From the NCBI GenBank assembly GCA_965116495.1, contig OZ220696.1:3456001-3520000 (forward strand): DNA of 64,000 nucleotides, in the 5' to 3' direction. Position numbers and translations under genes: made by a program. Below are positions 29,728 through 40,763 of this stretch, piece after piece. Within the stretch, counting starts at the first letter, position 1, and the number at the start of each line of letters is the position of its first letter. The stretch comes from Gammaproteobacteria bacterium. GTDB lineage: Bacteria > Pseudomonadota > Gammaproteobacteria > Eutrophobiales > Eutrophobiaceae. The notes beneath the pieces are model-generated. The model was not told the origin of the DNA and searched no databases. It saw only the letters and a list, made by a program, of their open reading frames with translations.

Positions 29728-31239
29728 TATATCCTGCCATCGGCAGGATTGTTCAAAACCGTGGGCAGCCCGGTAGATGTTCGATTCGTCGAAGTGTTTG
29801 CCTACCAGCATCATGCCGACCGGCAGGCCGTTGCGCATGCCGCACGGCAGCGACAGGGCCGGGTGGCCGGTGATATCGAACTGGCAGGTGTTCAGTACCG
29901 TATTGAATGCGAGGAATACAATGTTGTCGATAGCCGTGTCAGAGGCAGAGCGCGGGTTCTTCTGCGGCTGCATCAACGTCGTCGGCATCAGTAACAGGTC
30001 ATATTGCTGCAGGACATCGTTATAGGCCCTGGTCAGTCCCGGCAAGCAGTTTTTTGCTTTTGCATAATACCTGCCCTGGTACTTCTCCAGGTATTTGCCC
30101 AGCATCAGGATCAGGTGCAGGTTTACGGGAAACCGGTCGAATTTGTCCTGCCAGCCGGACAGGGCCTGCGCCAGTGCCGGTGAATTAATGGCGTTGGTGT
30201 TCACGGCAAGACCGTTATGGCGCATGGTCTGCCACAGCCCGTCAGTGATGATGCTGCCCCATAAGGCGACGCCTTCCAGGTGCATGGGGATGGAGACTTC
30301 ATCCACCCTGGCGCCCAGGTCGGCAAATCTGCCCGCCGCATCCAGCACACAACTGTCGACATCCGGTTCCGACAAGGGGTGGCCGAAGCCTTCCCTGACT
30401 ACGGCGATTTTCATCCCGTCGATATTCTCACCCAGGGACCAGGAATATTTGAATACCCGTAACTGGCGCTGGCGGCTGTCCATCCCGTCGTGACCTGCCA
30501 GGACTTCGAGCAGCAGGGCGTTATCGCTCACGTTTGCCGTCATGGGGCCGACATGGTCCAGCATGGCCTCCATCCCCATAATGCCCGTATAAGGCACCAG
30601 TCCGTGGGTTGGTTTCAGACCGTAGACACCGCAGAAACTGGACGGTATCCGCACCGAACCGGCCTGGTCACAGCCCAGGGCCATGTCCACGTCGCCGTTA
30701 CCCACCAGGGCTGCGCTGCCCGATGAAGAACCGCCGGCAGAGTATTCGTGATTATGCGGGTTGGCGACAATTCCGGAGCTGGCCGTGGCGCTGCCGCCGG
30801 AGACACAGAGAAATTCACACACTGCCTTGCCGGTAATTTCCGCGCCGGCGTCCAGCAGCCGGGTCACGACAGTGGCATCGATATCAGGAACGAACCCTTC
30901 CATTATTGAGGCGCCGTTCATCATGGGGATGTTCGCGACAAGGATATTATCCTTGATGGCGACTGTCCTGCCCTTGAGCGGTCCGCTGTCCCGGCCTTTC
31001 AGGTCGGTCCTGACGTACCATGCACCCAGCGGGTTTTCTTCCGCGCTCGGCGCCCGGTAACTCCTTTGAGGATAGCTGATATCCGGCAGGCGGTCTTCCA
31101 GTTGATCCATGAATTGATAAGTGCTGCCGAACATTGCCAACTGCTCAAGCATGGTTTCCGCCAAGGTGTCGTCCACGGATAAACCCATGGATGCGCCAAG
31201 GGATTTCAGTTCGTCCCTGTCAGGCAGTTTGAATGTCAT
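29725..31239 (-). CDS. Amidase-signature family amidase
   Basis: AIKDNI, AGGSSSGS and DQAGSVRIP (Lys-cisSer-Ser triad). Confidence 0.92.
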   Translation of the reverse strand: MTFKLPDRDELKSLGASMGLSVDDTLAETMLEQLAMFGSTYQFMDQLEDRLPDISYPQRSYRAPSAEENPLGAWYVRTDLKGRDSGPLKGRTVAIKDNILVANIPMMNGASIMEGFVPDIDATVVTRLLDAGAEITGKAVCEFLCVSGGSATASSGIVANPHNHEYSAGGSSSGSAALVGNGDVDMALGCDQAGSVRIPSSFCGVYGLKPTHGLVPYTGIMGMEAMLDHVGPMTANVSDNALLLEVLAGHDGMDSRQRQLRVFKYSWSLGENIDGMKIAVVREGFGHPLSEPDVDSCVLDAAGRFADLGARVDEVSIPMHLEGVALWGSIITDGLWQTMRHNGLAVNTNAINSPALAQALSGWQDKFDRFPVNLHLILMLGKYLEKYQGRYYAKAKNCLPGLTRAYNDVLQQYDLLLMPTTLMQPQKNPRSASDTAIDNIVFLAFNTVLNTCQFDITGHPALSLPCGMRNGLPVGMMLVGKHFDESNIYRAAHGFEQSCRWQDI

Positions 31240-31282
31240 CGGTCTGATGCTCCTTTAACACGGTGAGGGATTGCAGTAAGTC

Positions 31283-31439
31283 AAGGAACCTTTGATTAAG
31301 TCATAGGTTCCTACGGTACAGGGATGTGCCGTCAAAATCAATGACAATAGGTCATTGATTTTGGGAGCAAAACAAAAATCGCATTTTTGTTTTGCGTGCT
31401 CTGACAAGTCCCGGACGGACTTGATCAGAGCTTCCTTAA
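31283..31439. mobile_element. MITE-like repeat, copy 2
   Basis: AAGGAACCTTTGAT ... ATCAGAGCTTCCTTAA, with four internal hairpins. Confidence 0.8.
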
Positions 31440-31441
31440 CG

Positions 31442-31933
31442 TTAACCACTTCGGTAATACTTGGCAAGAGCTTTTGCCGTGCTGTCAACACCCGAGAACT
31501 TCAATAACAATCGCAGAAATTCCTGCCGTTCTTCCATACCCAGGTGAGCCGTCAAATCCTGCTCATGGAGAACGATCTTCTCCAGTACCTGTTCCAGGAA
31601 AACCCTGCCGGATGGCGACAGTGTCAACGCGTAACTGCGCCTGTCCGAATTGGAAGGTTGCCGCTCTACCCAGGATTTGGCCTCCATATCGGTGATGATT
31701 TGTCCCAGGGTAGCCCGTTCCACACCGATTGCGCGGGCCAGTGCAGCCTGGCTGATGGCGGGATTGTTGCGTATCAGAATCAGGATGCCGGCCTGGCCCG
31801 GCGTAATTCCCATTGTACCGACCGTTTTCCGGAAATGGTTGAAAACCTGGAGCTGCGCCTGCCGAACCTGGAAGCCGATTAACCCGTTAAGAGTGGTGTA
31901 ATCAACGACCTGTTCGGTTGTGTTTTTATGCAT
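31442..31933 (-). CDS. MarR-family transcriptional regulator
   Basis: ITPGQ..IL, ISQAALA and DRRSYALTL winged-helix motifs. Confidence 0.9.
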   Translation of the reverse strand: MHKNTTEQVVDYTTLNGLIGFQVRQAQLQVFNHFRKTVGTMGITPGQAGILILIRNNPAISQAALARAIGVERATLGQIITDMEAKSWVERQPSNSDRRSYALTLSPSGRVFLEQVLEKIVLHEQDLTAHLGMEERQEFLRLLLKFSGVDSTAKALAKYYRSG

Positions 31934-31952
31934 ACCTGCTATTATACTAAAA

Positions 31953-31969
31953 TGTAAGGTATCCTTACA
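31953..31969. promoter_or_regulatory. Candidate MarR operator in the divergent marR/hcrC intergenic region
   Basis: Perfect palindrome TGTAAGG-TAT-CCTTACA. Confidence 0.55.
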
Positions 31970-32016
31970 ATACTGATATTCAATCACGCAGCAGAGAATC
32001 TGCCCGGGGATGAATC

Positions 32017-32595
32017 ATGAACCGCGTCACAACGCTGAAACGCAACACACAGGAGAACGCACATATAAGTTGCCGGGTCAATACCGAACCGGTGCAGGTT
32101 TCGGTGGCGCCTTGCAAGACCCTGCTGGAGATGCTGCGCGAAGACCTGCAACTGACCGGCACCAAGCACGGTTGCGAACTGGGCGAATGCGGCGCCTGTG
32201 CGGTGCTGGTCGACGGCGAACCCATACTCTCCTGCCTGTACCTGGCGCTGGACGCGGAAGGTTGTTCCATCGATACCATAGAAGGCATGGCCGTGGACTC
32301 ACAACTGCACCCGCTGCAGGCCGCGTTTGCCGACCTGGGCGGCGCCCAGTGCGGTTATTGCACCCCAGCCATCCTGCTGACTGCCAGGGCCCTGCTTGAC
32401 GAACAACCCAATCCCGGCCGGCAGCAGATCCGGGAGGCGCTGTCCGGCAACCTGTGCCGCTGCACCGGCTACCAGCAGATCTTCGAAGCCGTGGAAGAAG
32501 CCATCCTGCGTCTCAGTACACCATCATCCCGGCAAAAGCCACGTCATTCCGGCGCAGGCCGGAATCCAGTGGATGCCGGGTCCAGCCCGGCATGA
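32017..32595 (+). CDS. hcrC: 4-hydroxybenzoyl-CoA reductase-like 2x[2Fe-2S] subunit
   Basis: GCELGECGAC, QCGYC and NLCRCTGY motifs. Confidence 0.8.
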   Translation: MNRVTTLKRNTQENAHISCRVNTEPVQVSVAPCKTLLEMLREDLQLTGTKHGCELGECGACAVLVDGEPILSCLYLALDAEGCSIDTIEGMAVDSQLHPLQAAFADLGGAQCGYCTPAILLTARALLDEQPNPGRQQIREALSGNLCRCTGYQQIFEAVEEAILRLSTPSSRQKPRHSGAGRNPVDAGSSPA

Positions 32596-35105
32596 CGATA
32601 GCAGACCAGCCAAAACCCCTGATGAGTAACAATCATTCATTCTCCATAATCGGCAAGCCGCGCCGGCGCGTGGACGGCGCCGACAAGGTGACCGGCCGCA
32701 CCTGTTTTGCCGACGATATCATCCTGCCGCGCATGCTGCATTGCAAGCTGCTGCGCTCACACGTACCCCATGCCCGCATCAAATCAGTGGACGTCAGCAG
32801 GGCGGAACGGCATCCCGGCGTGAAGCTGGTGTTGACCGGCAAGGATTTTCCCAACGAGTACGGCATCCTGCCGGTAAGCCAGGATGAACAGCCGTTATGC
32901 CGGGACAAGGTGCGTTTTGTGGGCGACCCCGTCGCCGCGGTCGTTGCCCTGGATGAGTTTGCCGTTGAACAGGCGCTGGATCTGGTCGAGGTCGAGTATG
33001 AACCGTTGGGAACGGTCTCCGACCCCGTCGATGCCCTGAACAATCCCGCTGCGCGACTGCATGATTACAGCGAGGAGGGGAATATCCATAAACGTCTCAG
33101 CTACGAATTCGGCAACGTTGAGGAGAGCCTGGCAAACAGCGCCCATGTGTTCGAGGATATCTTCTTCTTTGAAGGCAATACCCACCTGCCGCTGGAGCAA
33201 CATGCCGCAGTCGGCATGGCAGAGGCCGATGGCCGGGTCACCCTATGGTCGAGCACGCAGTGTCCCCATTACGTGCATCGCGCGGTTGCCAAGGCCCTGG
33301 ATATCCCCATGGCGCGGGTGCGCGTCATTGCCAGTCCCAACGGCGGCGGTTTCGGCGGCAAGACCGACCCGTTCAATCATGAGATAGTCGTTGTCAAGGC
33401 CGCCATGATACTGGGCCGCCCGGTCAAGATCTGCCTGAACCGCGAAGAAGTTTTTTATTGTCACCGCGGCCGCCATCCGGTACTGATGAAATTCAGGACC
33501 GGCGTCGATGAGAACGGCGCCTTGACCGGTATGCACCTGCAAACCCTGCTGGACGGAGGCGCTTACGGTTCCTACGGCGTTGCCAGCACTTTCTATACGG
33601 CCGTGCTGCAACCTGTCACCTACCACCTGCCGCGCTATGCCTTTGACGCATGCCGCATGTTCACCAACAAACCTCCATGCGGCCCCAAACGCGGCCATGG
33701 GACGGTACAGCCGCGTTTCGGCCAGGAAGTACAACTGGACAAGATCGCAGAAAAGCTGGAAATAGATCCTGCCGAGTTACGCCTCAACATCGTCGAGAAA
33801 CCGGGCGCGCTGACGGCTAACTACCTGAAGATAGGCAGTATCGGCCTGGCGCAGTGCATCCGCACGGTAGTGGAGCGTTCCGGGTGGAAGAGTAAATACG
33901 GGAAACTGCCGCAAGGAAAGGGTGTGGGCCTGGCTTGTTCCAGTTACCTGACCGGCGCGGGCAACTCCATTTACTGGAATGCCATGCCCCATTCGGGCGT
34001 ACAGTTGAAACTGGACCGCAGCGGCAAGGTCACCGTGTTCTGCGGGGCTACGGAAATCGGCCAGGGGTCCGATGACGTGCTGGTCGCCACGATAGCAGAG
34101 ATACTGGGCATCGATCCCCTGGATATCCGTTGCGTCACCGGCGATACGGACCTGACCCCCGTTGACCTGGGCTCCTATTCGTCCCGCGTGACCCTGATGA
34201 TGGGAAATGCCGCCATCCAGGCGGCTGAGCGCGCCCGGGCGTTGATCGCGCAGGCCGTTGCGCAAAAATTCGCTACGGATATCGAGTCCATCGCCTTCAG
34301 CGGCGGTCAGGTCTACGCTGCCGGACACCCTGAACAGACCCTGTCGTTTCAAAAAGCGCTGGTTTGCGCGGAGGAGATGCACGGTTCCCTGGGCGCGACA
34401 GGCTCCTATACACCGTCGGCCCCTCCCGGAAAATACAAGGGCGGCGGTGTCGGTCCCTCGCCGGCCTACTCCTATACGGCCGCGGTGATCGAGGTGGAAG
34501 TCGATTCGGACACCGGCTGGCTCACCGTACCCAGGGTCTATATCGCCCATGATCTCGGCCGCGCCATCAACCCGGTGCTCGCCCGCGGCCAGGTGGAAGG
34601 CAGTGTTTACATGGGGCTGGGTGAAGCCTTGATGGAAGAATCTGCATTCCGCCGGCTGCCCCCGCGCCTGTCCGCTGCCCTGGTTCATCGCGAACCGTCC
34701 ATGCTGGAGTACAAGAGTCCCACGTCCCTGGATATGCCGGAAGTGATCACGGACCTGGTTGAACACCCGGATGACAATGGACCGTTCGGCGCCAAGGAAG
34801 CAGGGCAAGGCCCGCTGCTGCCGATCATGCCGGCCCTGGCCAATGCGGTGTATGACGCCGTGGGGGTGCGCATTGATGAAGTGCCGATCGGCGCGGAGAA
34901 AATATTGAAGGCCCTGGATGACAAGGCCAGGGGAGGCGCCGGCCGGGTGGGGCCGGACAGCTTCCCGGCCATCGACTGGCCGGAGCCGTTTCAGGTGCCG
35001 CCACCCTGGGAGGGCGGGGACGGCAACGCGGTGAATAAACCGCAACGCAAACGGGCCGCCAAGATGCACGAAATGGACCGGTTCAAAAAGGCGGCCTCAT
35101 CATGA
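32592..35105 (+). CDS. hcrA: 4-hydroxybenzoyl-CoA reductase-like molybdopterin subunit (xanthine oxidase family)
   Basis: GGGFGGK, EIGQG, GSYSSRVT and GAKEAG motifs; ATGA overlap with the upstream gene (alternative start 32622). Confidence 0.75.
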   Translation: MTIADQPKPLMSNNHSFSIIGKPRRRVDGADKVTGRTCFADDIILPRMLHCKLLRSHVPHARIKSVDVSRAERHPGVKLVLTGKDFPNEYGILPVSQDEQPLCRDKVRFVGDPVAAVVALDEFAVEQALDLVEVEYEPLGTVSDPVDALNNPAARLHDYSEEGNIHKRLSYEFGNVEESLANSAHVFEDIFFFEGNTHLPLEQHAAVGMAEADGRVTLWSSTQCPHYVHRAVAKALDIPMARVRVIASPNGGGFGGKTDPFNHEIVVVKAAMILGRPVKICLNREEVFYCHRGRHPVLMKFRTGVDENGALTGMHLQTLLDGGAYGSYGVASTFYTAVLQPVTYHLPRYAFDACRMFTNKPPCGPKRGHGTVQPRFGQEVQLDKIAEKLEIDPAELRLNIVEKPGALTANYLKIGSIGLAQCIRTVVERSGWKSKYGKLPQGKGVGLACSSYLTGAGNSIYWNAMPHSGVQLKLDRSGKVTVFCGATEIGQGSDDVLVATIAEILGIDPLDIRCVTGDTDLTPVDLGSYSSRVTLMMGNAAIQAAERARALIAQAVAQKFATDIESIAFSGGQVYAAGHPEQTLSFQKALVCAEEMHGSLGATGSYTPSAPPGKYKGGGVGPSPAYSYTAAVIEVEVDSDTGWLTVPRVYIAHDLGRAINPVLARGQVEGSVYMGLGEALMEESAFRRLPPRLSAALVHREPSMLEYKSPTSLDMPEVITDLVEHPDDNGPFGAKEAGQGPLLPIMPALANAVYDAVGVRIDEVPIGAEKILKALDDKARGGAGRVGPDSFPAIDWPEPFQVPPPWEGGDGNAVNKPQRKRAAKMHEMDRFKKAASS

Positions 35106-36121
35106 TGCGGTTGCCCCAGTTCCATTACTACCGGCCCCGGGATATCCGCGAAGCGACCCAGGTCCTGGCCGGTGAGGACAACGCCATGGTCATTGCCGGC
35201 GGCACGGATCTGTTGCCCAATATGAAGCGGCGCCAGCAGACGCCGCGTACCCTGGTAGCCCTGCGCCACCTGGAATCACTGAAGCGCGTCACAAACGGGA
35301 CCGGCCTTGACATCGGCGCCGGGGTGACGCTTACTTCCCTGGTGCAGGACCGGCGTATCAAATCCGCTTACCGGGGATTATGGCAGGCCGCCGCACAGGT
35401 GGCTACACCGCACCTGCGCAACATGGGCACGCTGGGCGGCAACATCTGCCTGGATACCCGTTGCAATTACTACGACCAGAACTATGAATGGCGCAAGGCT
35501 ATCGATTTCTGCATGAAAAAGGACGGCGAGATCTGCTGGGTTTCCACCGGCAGCAGGAAGTGCTTGGCCACCTCATCCACGGATACCGCCCCGGCGCTGA
35601 TCTCACTGGGCGCTGAAGTGGTACTGGAAGCGGCTGACGGGCAGCGGACAATCCCGCTGCAGGACATGTACCAGGACGACGGCATGTATTATCTGACGCG
35701 TAAACACGGCGAGATCCTCACCAGGATCATCGTGCCGGATGCCGGTGGGTCGCGTAGTGTCTACTGGAAATTGCGCCGGCGCGGGTCGTTTGATTTCCCC
35801 GTGTTGTCGGTTGCCGCGGCCATCAGGTTTGCCGGCCCCGGCGAGATCGCCGATGCCCGGATCGTATTGGGTGCGGTAGCGTCCCGTCCCGTCCCGTGTG
35901 CGGACGCCAATGAATTTCTCCGGGGTAAAAGCCTGACGGACGAGGTGATTGAAGAAACCGCGACACTCTGCGCCAGGGCGGCAAAACCGGTAAAGAACAC
36001 GGATTTCGCACCCCACTGGCGTAAACGCGCCGCCGCCCGGCTTGTCGGCTACGCCCTGCAGGAACTGCGCGGCGACAATATGCGCGCAACCAGGGAGAAG
36101 ATCGCGCGCCAGGCGCTCTGA
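35102..36121 (+). CDS. hcrB: 4-hydroxybenzoyl-CoA reductase-like FAD subunit with [4Fe-4S] insertion
   Basis: AGGTDL and RNMGTLGGN motifs, plus the Cys insert RCNYYDQ..WR...FC.K..G..C........C typical of HcrB. Confidence 0.8.
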   Translation: MMRLPQFHYYRPRDIREATQVLAGEDNAMVIAGGTDLLPNMKRRQQTPRTLVALRHLESLKRVTNGTGLDIGAGVTLTSLVQDRRIKSAYRGLWQAAAQVATPHLRNMGTLGGNICLDTRCNYYDQNYEWRKAIDFCMKKDGEICWVSTGSRKCLATSSTDTAPALISLGAEVVLEAADGQRTIPLQDMYQDDGMYYLTRKHGEILTRIIVPDAGGSRSVYWKLRRRGSFDFPVLSVAAAIRFAGPGEIADARIVLGAVASRPVPCADANEFLRGKSLTDEVIEETATLCARAAKPVKNTDFAPHWRKRAAARLVGYALQELRGDNMRATREKIARQAL

Positions 36122-36212
36122 GCGGGGACGCAGCAGTGATAATCATATGCAGGGGTATTATTCACTGTTACAATCGCCGCTCTTTACCTGTAACCTGCTG
36201 AAGGGAGTAATA

Positions 36213-36443
36213 TTGCTCGTCGTGAATAAAACTCTACGTCATGTCATTTCCATAATTGTCGCCTCATCAGCCGCTATCGCCACCGCGCAGGCCCAGGATG
36301 ATAAATGGGAAGTCGCGGTGTACGGGACGAACCTGTTCGATACGGAGTACCTGACCTACATCAATAATATCGGATTCTTCAAGCTGGACATTTTCGGCGA
36401 AAGGCAGACCTTCGGCGCGTCGGTCCGCTATCGATTCCAGTGA
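36213..36443 (+). pseudogene. TonB-dependent receptor remnant: signal peptide joined to the last beta-strands
   Basis: ...SAAIATAQAQD-DKWEVAVYGTNLFDTEY...GERQTFGASVRYRF. Confidence 0.6.
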
Positions 36444-36466
36444 TACTTAACGGGAGGGGGGTAAGA

Positions 36467-36958
36467 ATGAATAGAAGCGTGAGGTTAATTGGTGTTTTTC
36501 TTGCAAGCCTGGTTGTCTATATTGCATCCCAGGCAACAGTATTGGCCGCGGATGACGGGCACCCGGCGGTAACGGGAAGTCTTCCGTTCTTTTACTACAA
36601 CGACCTGCCGGCTGCCGCGGACTGGTACAGGAACAAACTTGGCCTCAAGCCGCTGACCGAAGAAGACTGGGTGGTCATCTTCGAACTCAACGCCTCGTCT
36701 TATATCGGCCTGGTTAAAACCGGCAGCGGCTTATTGGAACCGACCGAGGACAAGGGCGCAATTTTCTCCATTGACACGCCGGAACTGGAAGCCTGGTGGG
36801 ACAGGTTGAAAGACATGGAAGACATCGATATCAAAAACGGTATCAGGACCGGCTCCGACGGGATGATCGAGTCGTTCAGCGTGTACGATCCGGAAGGCTA
36901 CATCGTCGAGTTCTTCCGCTGGAAAGAACACCGGCCTGAAGCGCGGCGTTACCCGTAA
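36467..36958 (+). CDS. Exported VOC/glyoxalase-family protein
   Basis: Signal peptide; DLPAAADWY...LGL and FSVYDPEGYIVEF motifs. Confidence 0.8.
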   Translation: MNRSVRLIGVFLASLVVYIASQATVLAADDGHPAVTGSLPFFYYNDLPAAADWYRNKLGLKPLTEEDWVVIFELNASSYIGLVKTGSGLLEPTEDKGAIFSIDTPELEAWWDRLKDMEDIDIKNGIRTGSDGMIESFSVYDPEGYIVEFFRWKEHRPEARRYP

Positions 36959-37010
36959 ACCGGTACGTCCGATAACGCGGAACCGGATTACACCGTATCC
37001 TTAACCTGAC

Positions 37011-38402
37011 ATGGGCCACTCGCGCGCTGGAGTGTTCGACTTTATGCCGGTAAGGGGTCTGTACGGTTTCATAGCTGTTTTTCTCATATTATTTTCCGGC
37101 ATATCAAATGCGGATGGGCAACACCTGATCATCGAAGACGTCGTCCTCATCGACGGGACCGGCCGCCAACCGCTGCATCAGGCCAGTGTACTGGTGCGGG
37201 AAGAGCGCATTGCCGAAATAAAGAGAGGGAAATTCAGCAGCTCCCTGCGTAACAAGGCACGGGTAATCGATGGCAGGCAGAAATACCTGATCCCCGGACT
37301 GGTGGATGTTCATGTCCATTTGACAGGAAGTATAAAAGTCACTGAAGCAGGCCTGCGCGAGGTAGAACTTGACAGGCAGAAGGGTATCAGGGCGCTGCAC
37401 GGCTATCTTTACAGCGGTGTTACTTCAATCTATGACTCGGGCAATATACCCGATTATATTTTTGCCTTGAGGGAACAGGAACGTACCGGCGCGATTACCA
37501 GTCCGCGTATCTTTGCTACGGGTGGTATCGTGACTTATCCGGGCAGTCACGGCAGCGGTCCCGGCGCTACGCTTGTAGATGACTGGCCCGAAGCGATTCC
37601 ACTACTGGACGAACATATCAGGCGCCAACCTGATATTCTGAAACTCACCCTGGAAGAGCGGGGCTGGGGGGCGCGGCCGTTGATCCCGAAGCTGCCCCTG
37701 CCTCTTATGGAACGGATTATCGAGTATTACAACAACCACGGTATCCGTACCACCGCGCATACCGCCAGCGAAATCCGGGCAAGACAGGCCATCTTTGCCG
37801 GGATAGACGCGTTGTCCCATCCGGTCATTGTCGGTCCCATTTCCGACAGCTTCGCAAAACTCATGGGCGCAAAGAAAATTCCCATGGCTACCACGTTGAC
37901 GATCGGTGAGAACTACAGCCGCCTGGCCGAACATCCTGAATACCTGGACCAGGCACTTTACCGGGCGGTGTTCACAAAAGAGGAAATCACGGATTTGAAA
38001 AATAGGACACGGCAGCAGTACCAGGACAGGACCTGGACCTGGTGGATGAAGCTGATGACCCCGGTTGCACAGGAAAACCTTCGTCAAATACACGCTGCCG
38101 GCGGCATACTGGCGCTGGGGACGGACCAGACCAACGGCCCGGCAGTACATCGCGAGATGGAACTCCTGGTTGCCGCCGGCATACCGGCGCTTGACGTCAT
38201 CCGGATAGCAACATTGAACGGCGCCGGATTTTTAGGAAAAGAACAACAACTGGGATCTGTTGAAGAAGGAAAACTCGCCGATATGGTGTTATTGAACGCC
38301 GATCCGTCACAGGATATCAATAACGCCAAAAATATCCACATGGTCATTAAAAACGGCAGCCTTATCGACAGGGAGAAACTGGAACTGCCTGTCAATCATT
38401 AA
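37011..38402 (+). CDS. Exported metal-dependent amidohydrolase
   Basis: IPGLVDVHVH, ALGTD and GSVEEGKLADMVLL motifs. Confidence 0.88.
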   Translation: MGHSRAGVFDFMPVRGLYGFIAVFLILFSGISNADGQHLIIEDVVLIDGTGRQPLHQASVLVREERIAEIKRGKFSSSLRNKARVIDGRQKYLIPGLVDVHVHLTGSIKVTEAGLREVELDRQKGIRALHGYLYSGVTSIYDSGNIPDYIFALREQERTGAITSPRIFATGGIVTYPGSHGSGPGATLVDDWPEAIPLLDEHIRRQPDILKLTLEERGWGARPLIPKLPLPLMERIIEYYNNHGIRTTAHTASEIRARQAIFAGIDALSHPVIVGPISDSFAKLMGAKKIPMATTLTIGENYSRLAEHPEYLDQALYRAVFTKEEITDLKNRTRQQYQDRTWTWWMKLMTPVAQENLRQIHAAGGILALGTDQTNGPAVHREMELLVAAGIPALDVIRIATLNGAGFLGKEQQLGSVEEGKLADMVLLNADPSQDINNAKNIHMVIKNGSLIDREKLELPVNH

Positions 38403-38625
38403 TGCAGGCTAATTGAGAGCCGGCACCCCCTCCATGACCGGCACACAACATCTGCCGATACGGGTTGTGGATTGCAATTTTCACAATAATCTTAACGCTA
38501 ATCCATCGGGATATTGCCGGTTTACGTGAACGCATGGCCCGCCTGGAGGGACTGCTTGAGGGATTTACCGGCAGAACCTCGCAATAAAGCCCGTCAAGGT
38601 TAAGGAAACACTGCGCCCGGTGGCA

Positions 38626-39993
38626 TCAGGCGCCTTCAATATCAAAGTCATCCAGGTTGACCTCGCGCATGGTGACCCTGTTGTATTTATCCTCCCTCGG
38701 CAGCGGCACGGTGGCGTCGATACCCAGCCGCGTCCACGAGTCGTTCTCCACCATAGGGTTCAGGCGGTGGCCGATGGAATCGGGTATGGGCAGAAGGTCC
38801 CGGTCGAAGCGGCAACGGGTCTGTACCGCCCAGTCCACGTCCGCCAGGCTGTAGAGGTCCACGTCCGTGTCCACCACGGTGACCGTTTTCACGAACGCCA
38901 GGCAGGTAAACGCAGCCATGATGGCGTTGCGCTGGCTGCCTTCGTGCTTCTTATCAACCTGCACCACCAGGTGGTAGGGCACGCTGCCGTCGGAGAAATG
39001 CACGGCTGTCACCTCCGGCACCAGGCTGTGAATCTTATCGTAAGCCCCGGCGCCGGCGATGAGACCGTAGGCATTATAGACTTCCTTGCCGGAGAGGATG
39101 GAATGGAAGATCGGTTGCCGGCGCCGGGTGATGGCGGAGACTTCGAACACCCAGCGGTCATCGACGCCGGCGTAGTAACCCGTCACCTCGGCGTAAGGAC
39201 CTTCCGGTTCCCTGACACCCGGCAGTATTTTCCCTTCGATGACGAACTGGGCATCGGCCCAGGCTTCCACCCCCACGCTCTGCGCTTCGATTAACCTGAC
39301 CGGCGCGCCGTGCATCTGGCAGGCGATACCGACCTCATCCATTTCCATCGGCGCGGCGGAGGCCGGCGATGCGGCCGCCATACTCATGGCGTAGTCCGCC
39401 CCGTTGTTGACGGTGAGTTCCAGGGGCTGTCCCCTGGCCTCGGCCCGTTTGTAATAATCCATCAAATGGCCCAGTTCCTCCAGCAGCAGGGTAAAGCGGT
39501 TTTTCCCGGTCACCATCATGCGATGGATGGACAGGTTGCGGGTTCCCGTGTCCGGGTCTTTTGCAATCACGACGCTGGAAGTGAGGTAGCGGCCGCCGTC
39601 CCCTTCGGCGTGGTGTGGTATCGGCAGGGCGTAGAGGTCGGGGTCGGTCTCGACCACCTCGTTGGCCGGGCCTTGTTTCAGCACGACGGGTTCGATGGGG
39701 TTCCGGCGCCAGGCGCGGATATCGTCTGCCAGCATAAACGGGAGCCGGGCGCTGGTGGTCTGAAATAACTTCGCCATAAAGTCGCGGTTCCAGTACAGGC
39801 CGATCAGGACCGGGTAATCCCGGCCCTTGACGTTCTCGAACAGCAAGGCTTTGCCGCCCTGGAATTTACGCGCGATCCCGGCCAGTTCAAAGTCGGGATC
39901 GACTGCGCTCTTCACCCGGATCAGGTGGTTATGCCGCTGCAGGAATTCAACATAGGATTGCAGGTCGATAAGCTTGCGTTTCGCCAGGTCCAT
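38626..39993 (-). CDS. UbiD-family prFMN-dependent (de)carboxylase
   Basis: NLSIHR, EPEGPYAEVTGYY, VDTDVD and LGIDAT motifs. Confidence 0.9.
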   Translation of the reverse strand: MDLAKRKLIDLQSYVEFLQRHNHLIRVKSAVDPDFELAGIARKFQGGKALLFENVKGRDYPVLIGLYWNRDFMAKLFQTTSARLPFMLADDIRAWRRNPIEPVVLKQGPANEVVETDPDLYALPIPHHAEGDGGRYLTSSVVIAKDPDTGTRNLSIHRMMVTGKNRFTLLLEELGHLMDYYKRAEARGQPLELTVNNGADYAMSMAAASPASAAPMEMDEVGIACQMHGAPVRLIEAQSVGVEAWADAQFVIEGKILPGVREPEGPYAEVTGYYAGVDDRWVFEVSAITRRRQPIFHSILSGKEVYNAYGLIAGAGAYDKIHSLVPEVTAVHFSDGSVPYHLVVQVDKKHEGSQRNAIMAAFTCLAFVKTVTVVDTDVDLYSLADVDWAVQTRCRFDRDLLPIPDSIGHRLNPMVENDSWTRLGIDATVPLPREDKYNRVTMREVNLDDFDIEGA

Positions 39994-40024
39994 AATCGAT
40001 CTCAGTAATGTTTCAATTCAATGT

Positions 40025-40103
40025 ATGTATGGGGTCAGGTCGCACAATGCACAGGGAACGTGTCTGCTAAGAATTGTGCATTGTGCGACCTGACCCCATA
40101 CAT
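40025..40103. repeat. 29-bp perfect inverted repeat (GGGGTCAG family)
   Basis: ATGTATGGGGTCAGGTCGCACAATGCACA / TGTGCATTGTGCGACCTGACCCCATACAT, with a 21-nt loop. Confidence 0.85.
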
Positions 40104-40114
40104 GCGGGCCGGCC

Positions 40115-40642
<528 letters not shown>

Positions 40643-40763
40643 TATAATTTTCTGATTGTTATTGAAACTGCCGGTCGCGTCCCTGACCGTGATGTGATTG
40701 CCGATCATATTAACATGCCCGACAGGTTATTCAGTCTTACTCTGTATAAATCATAATAACGTC

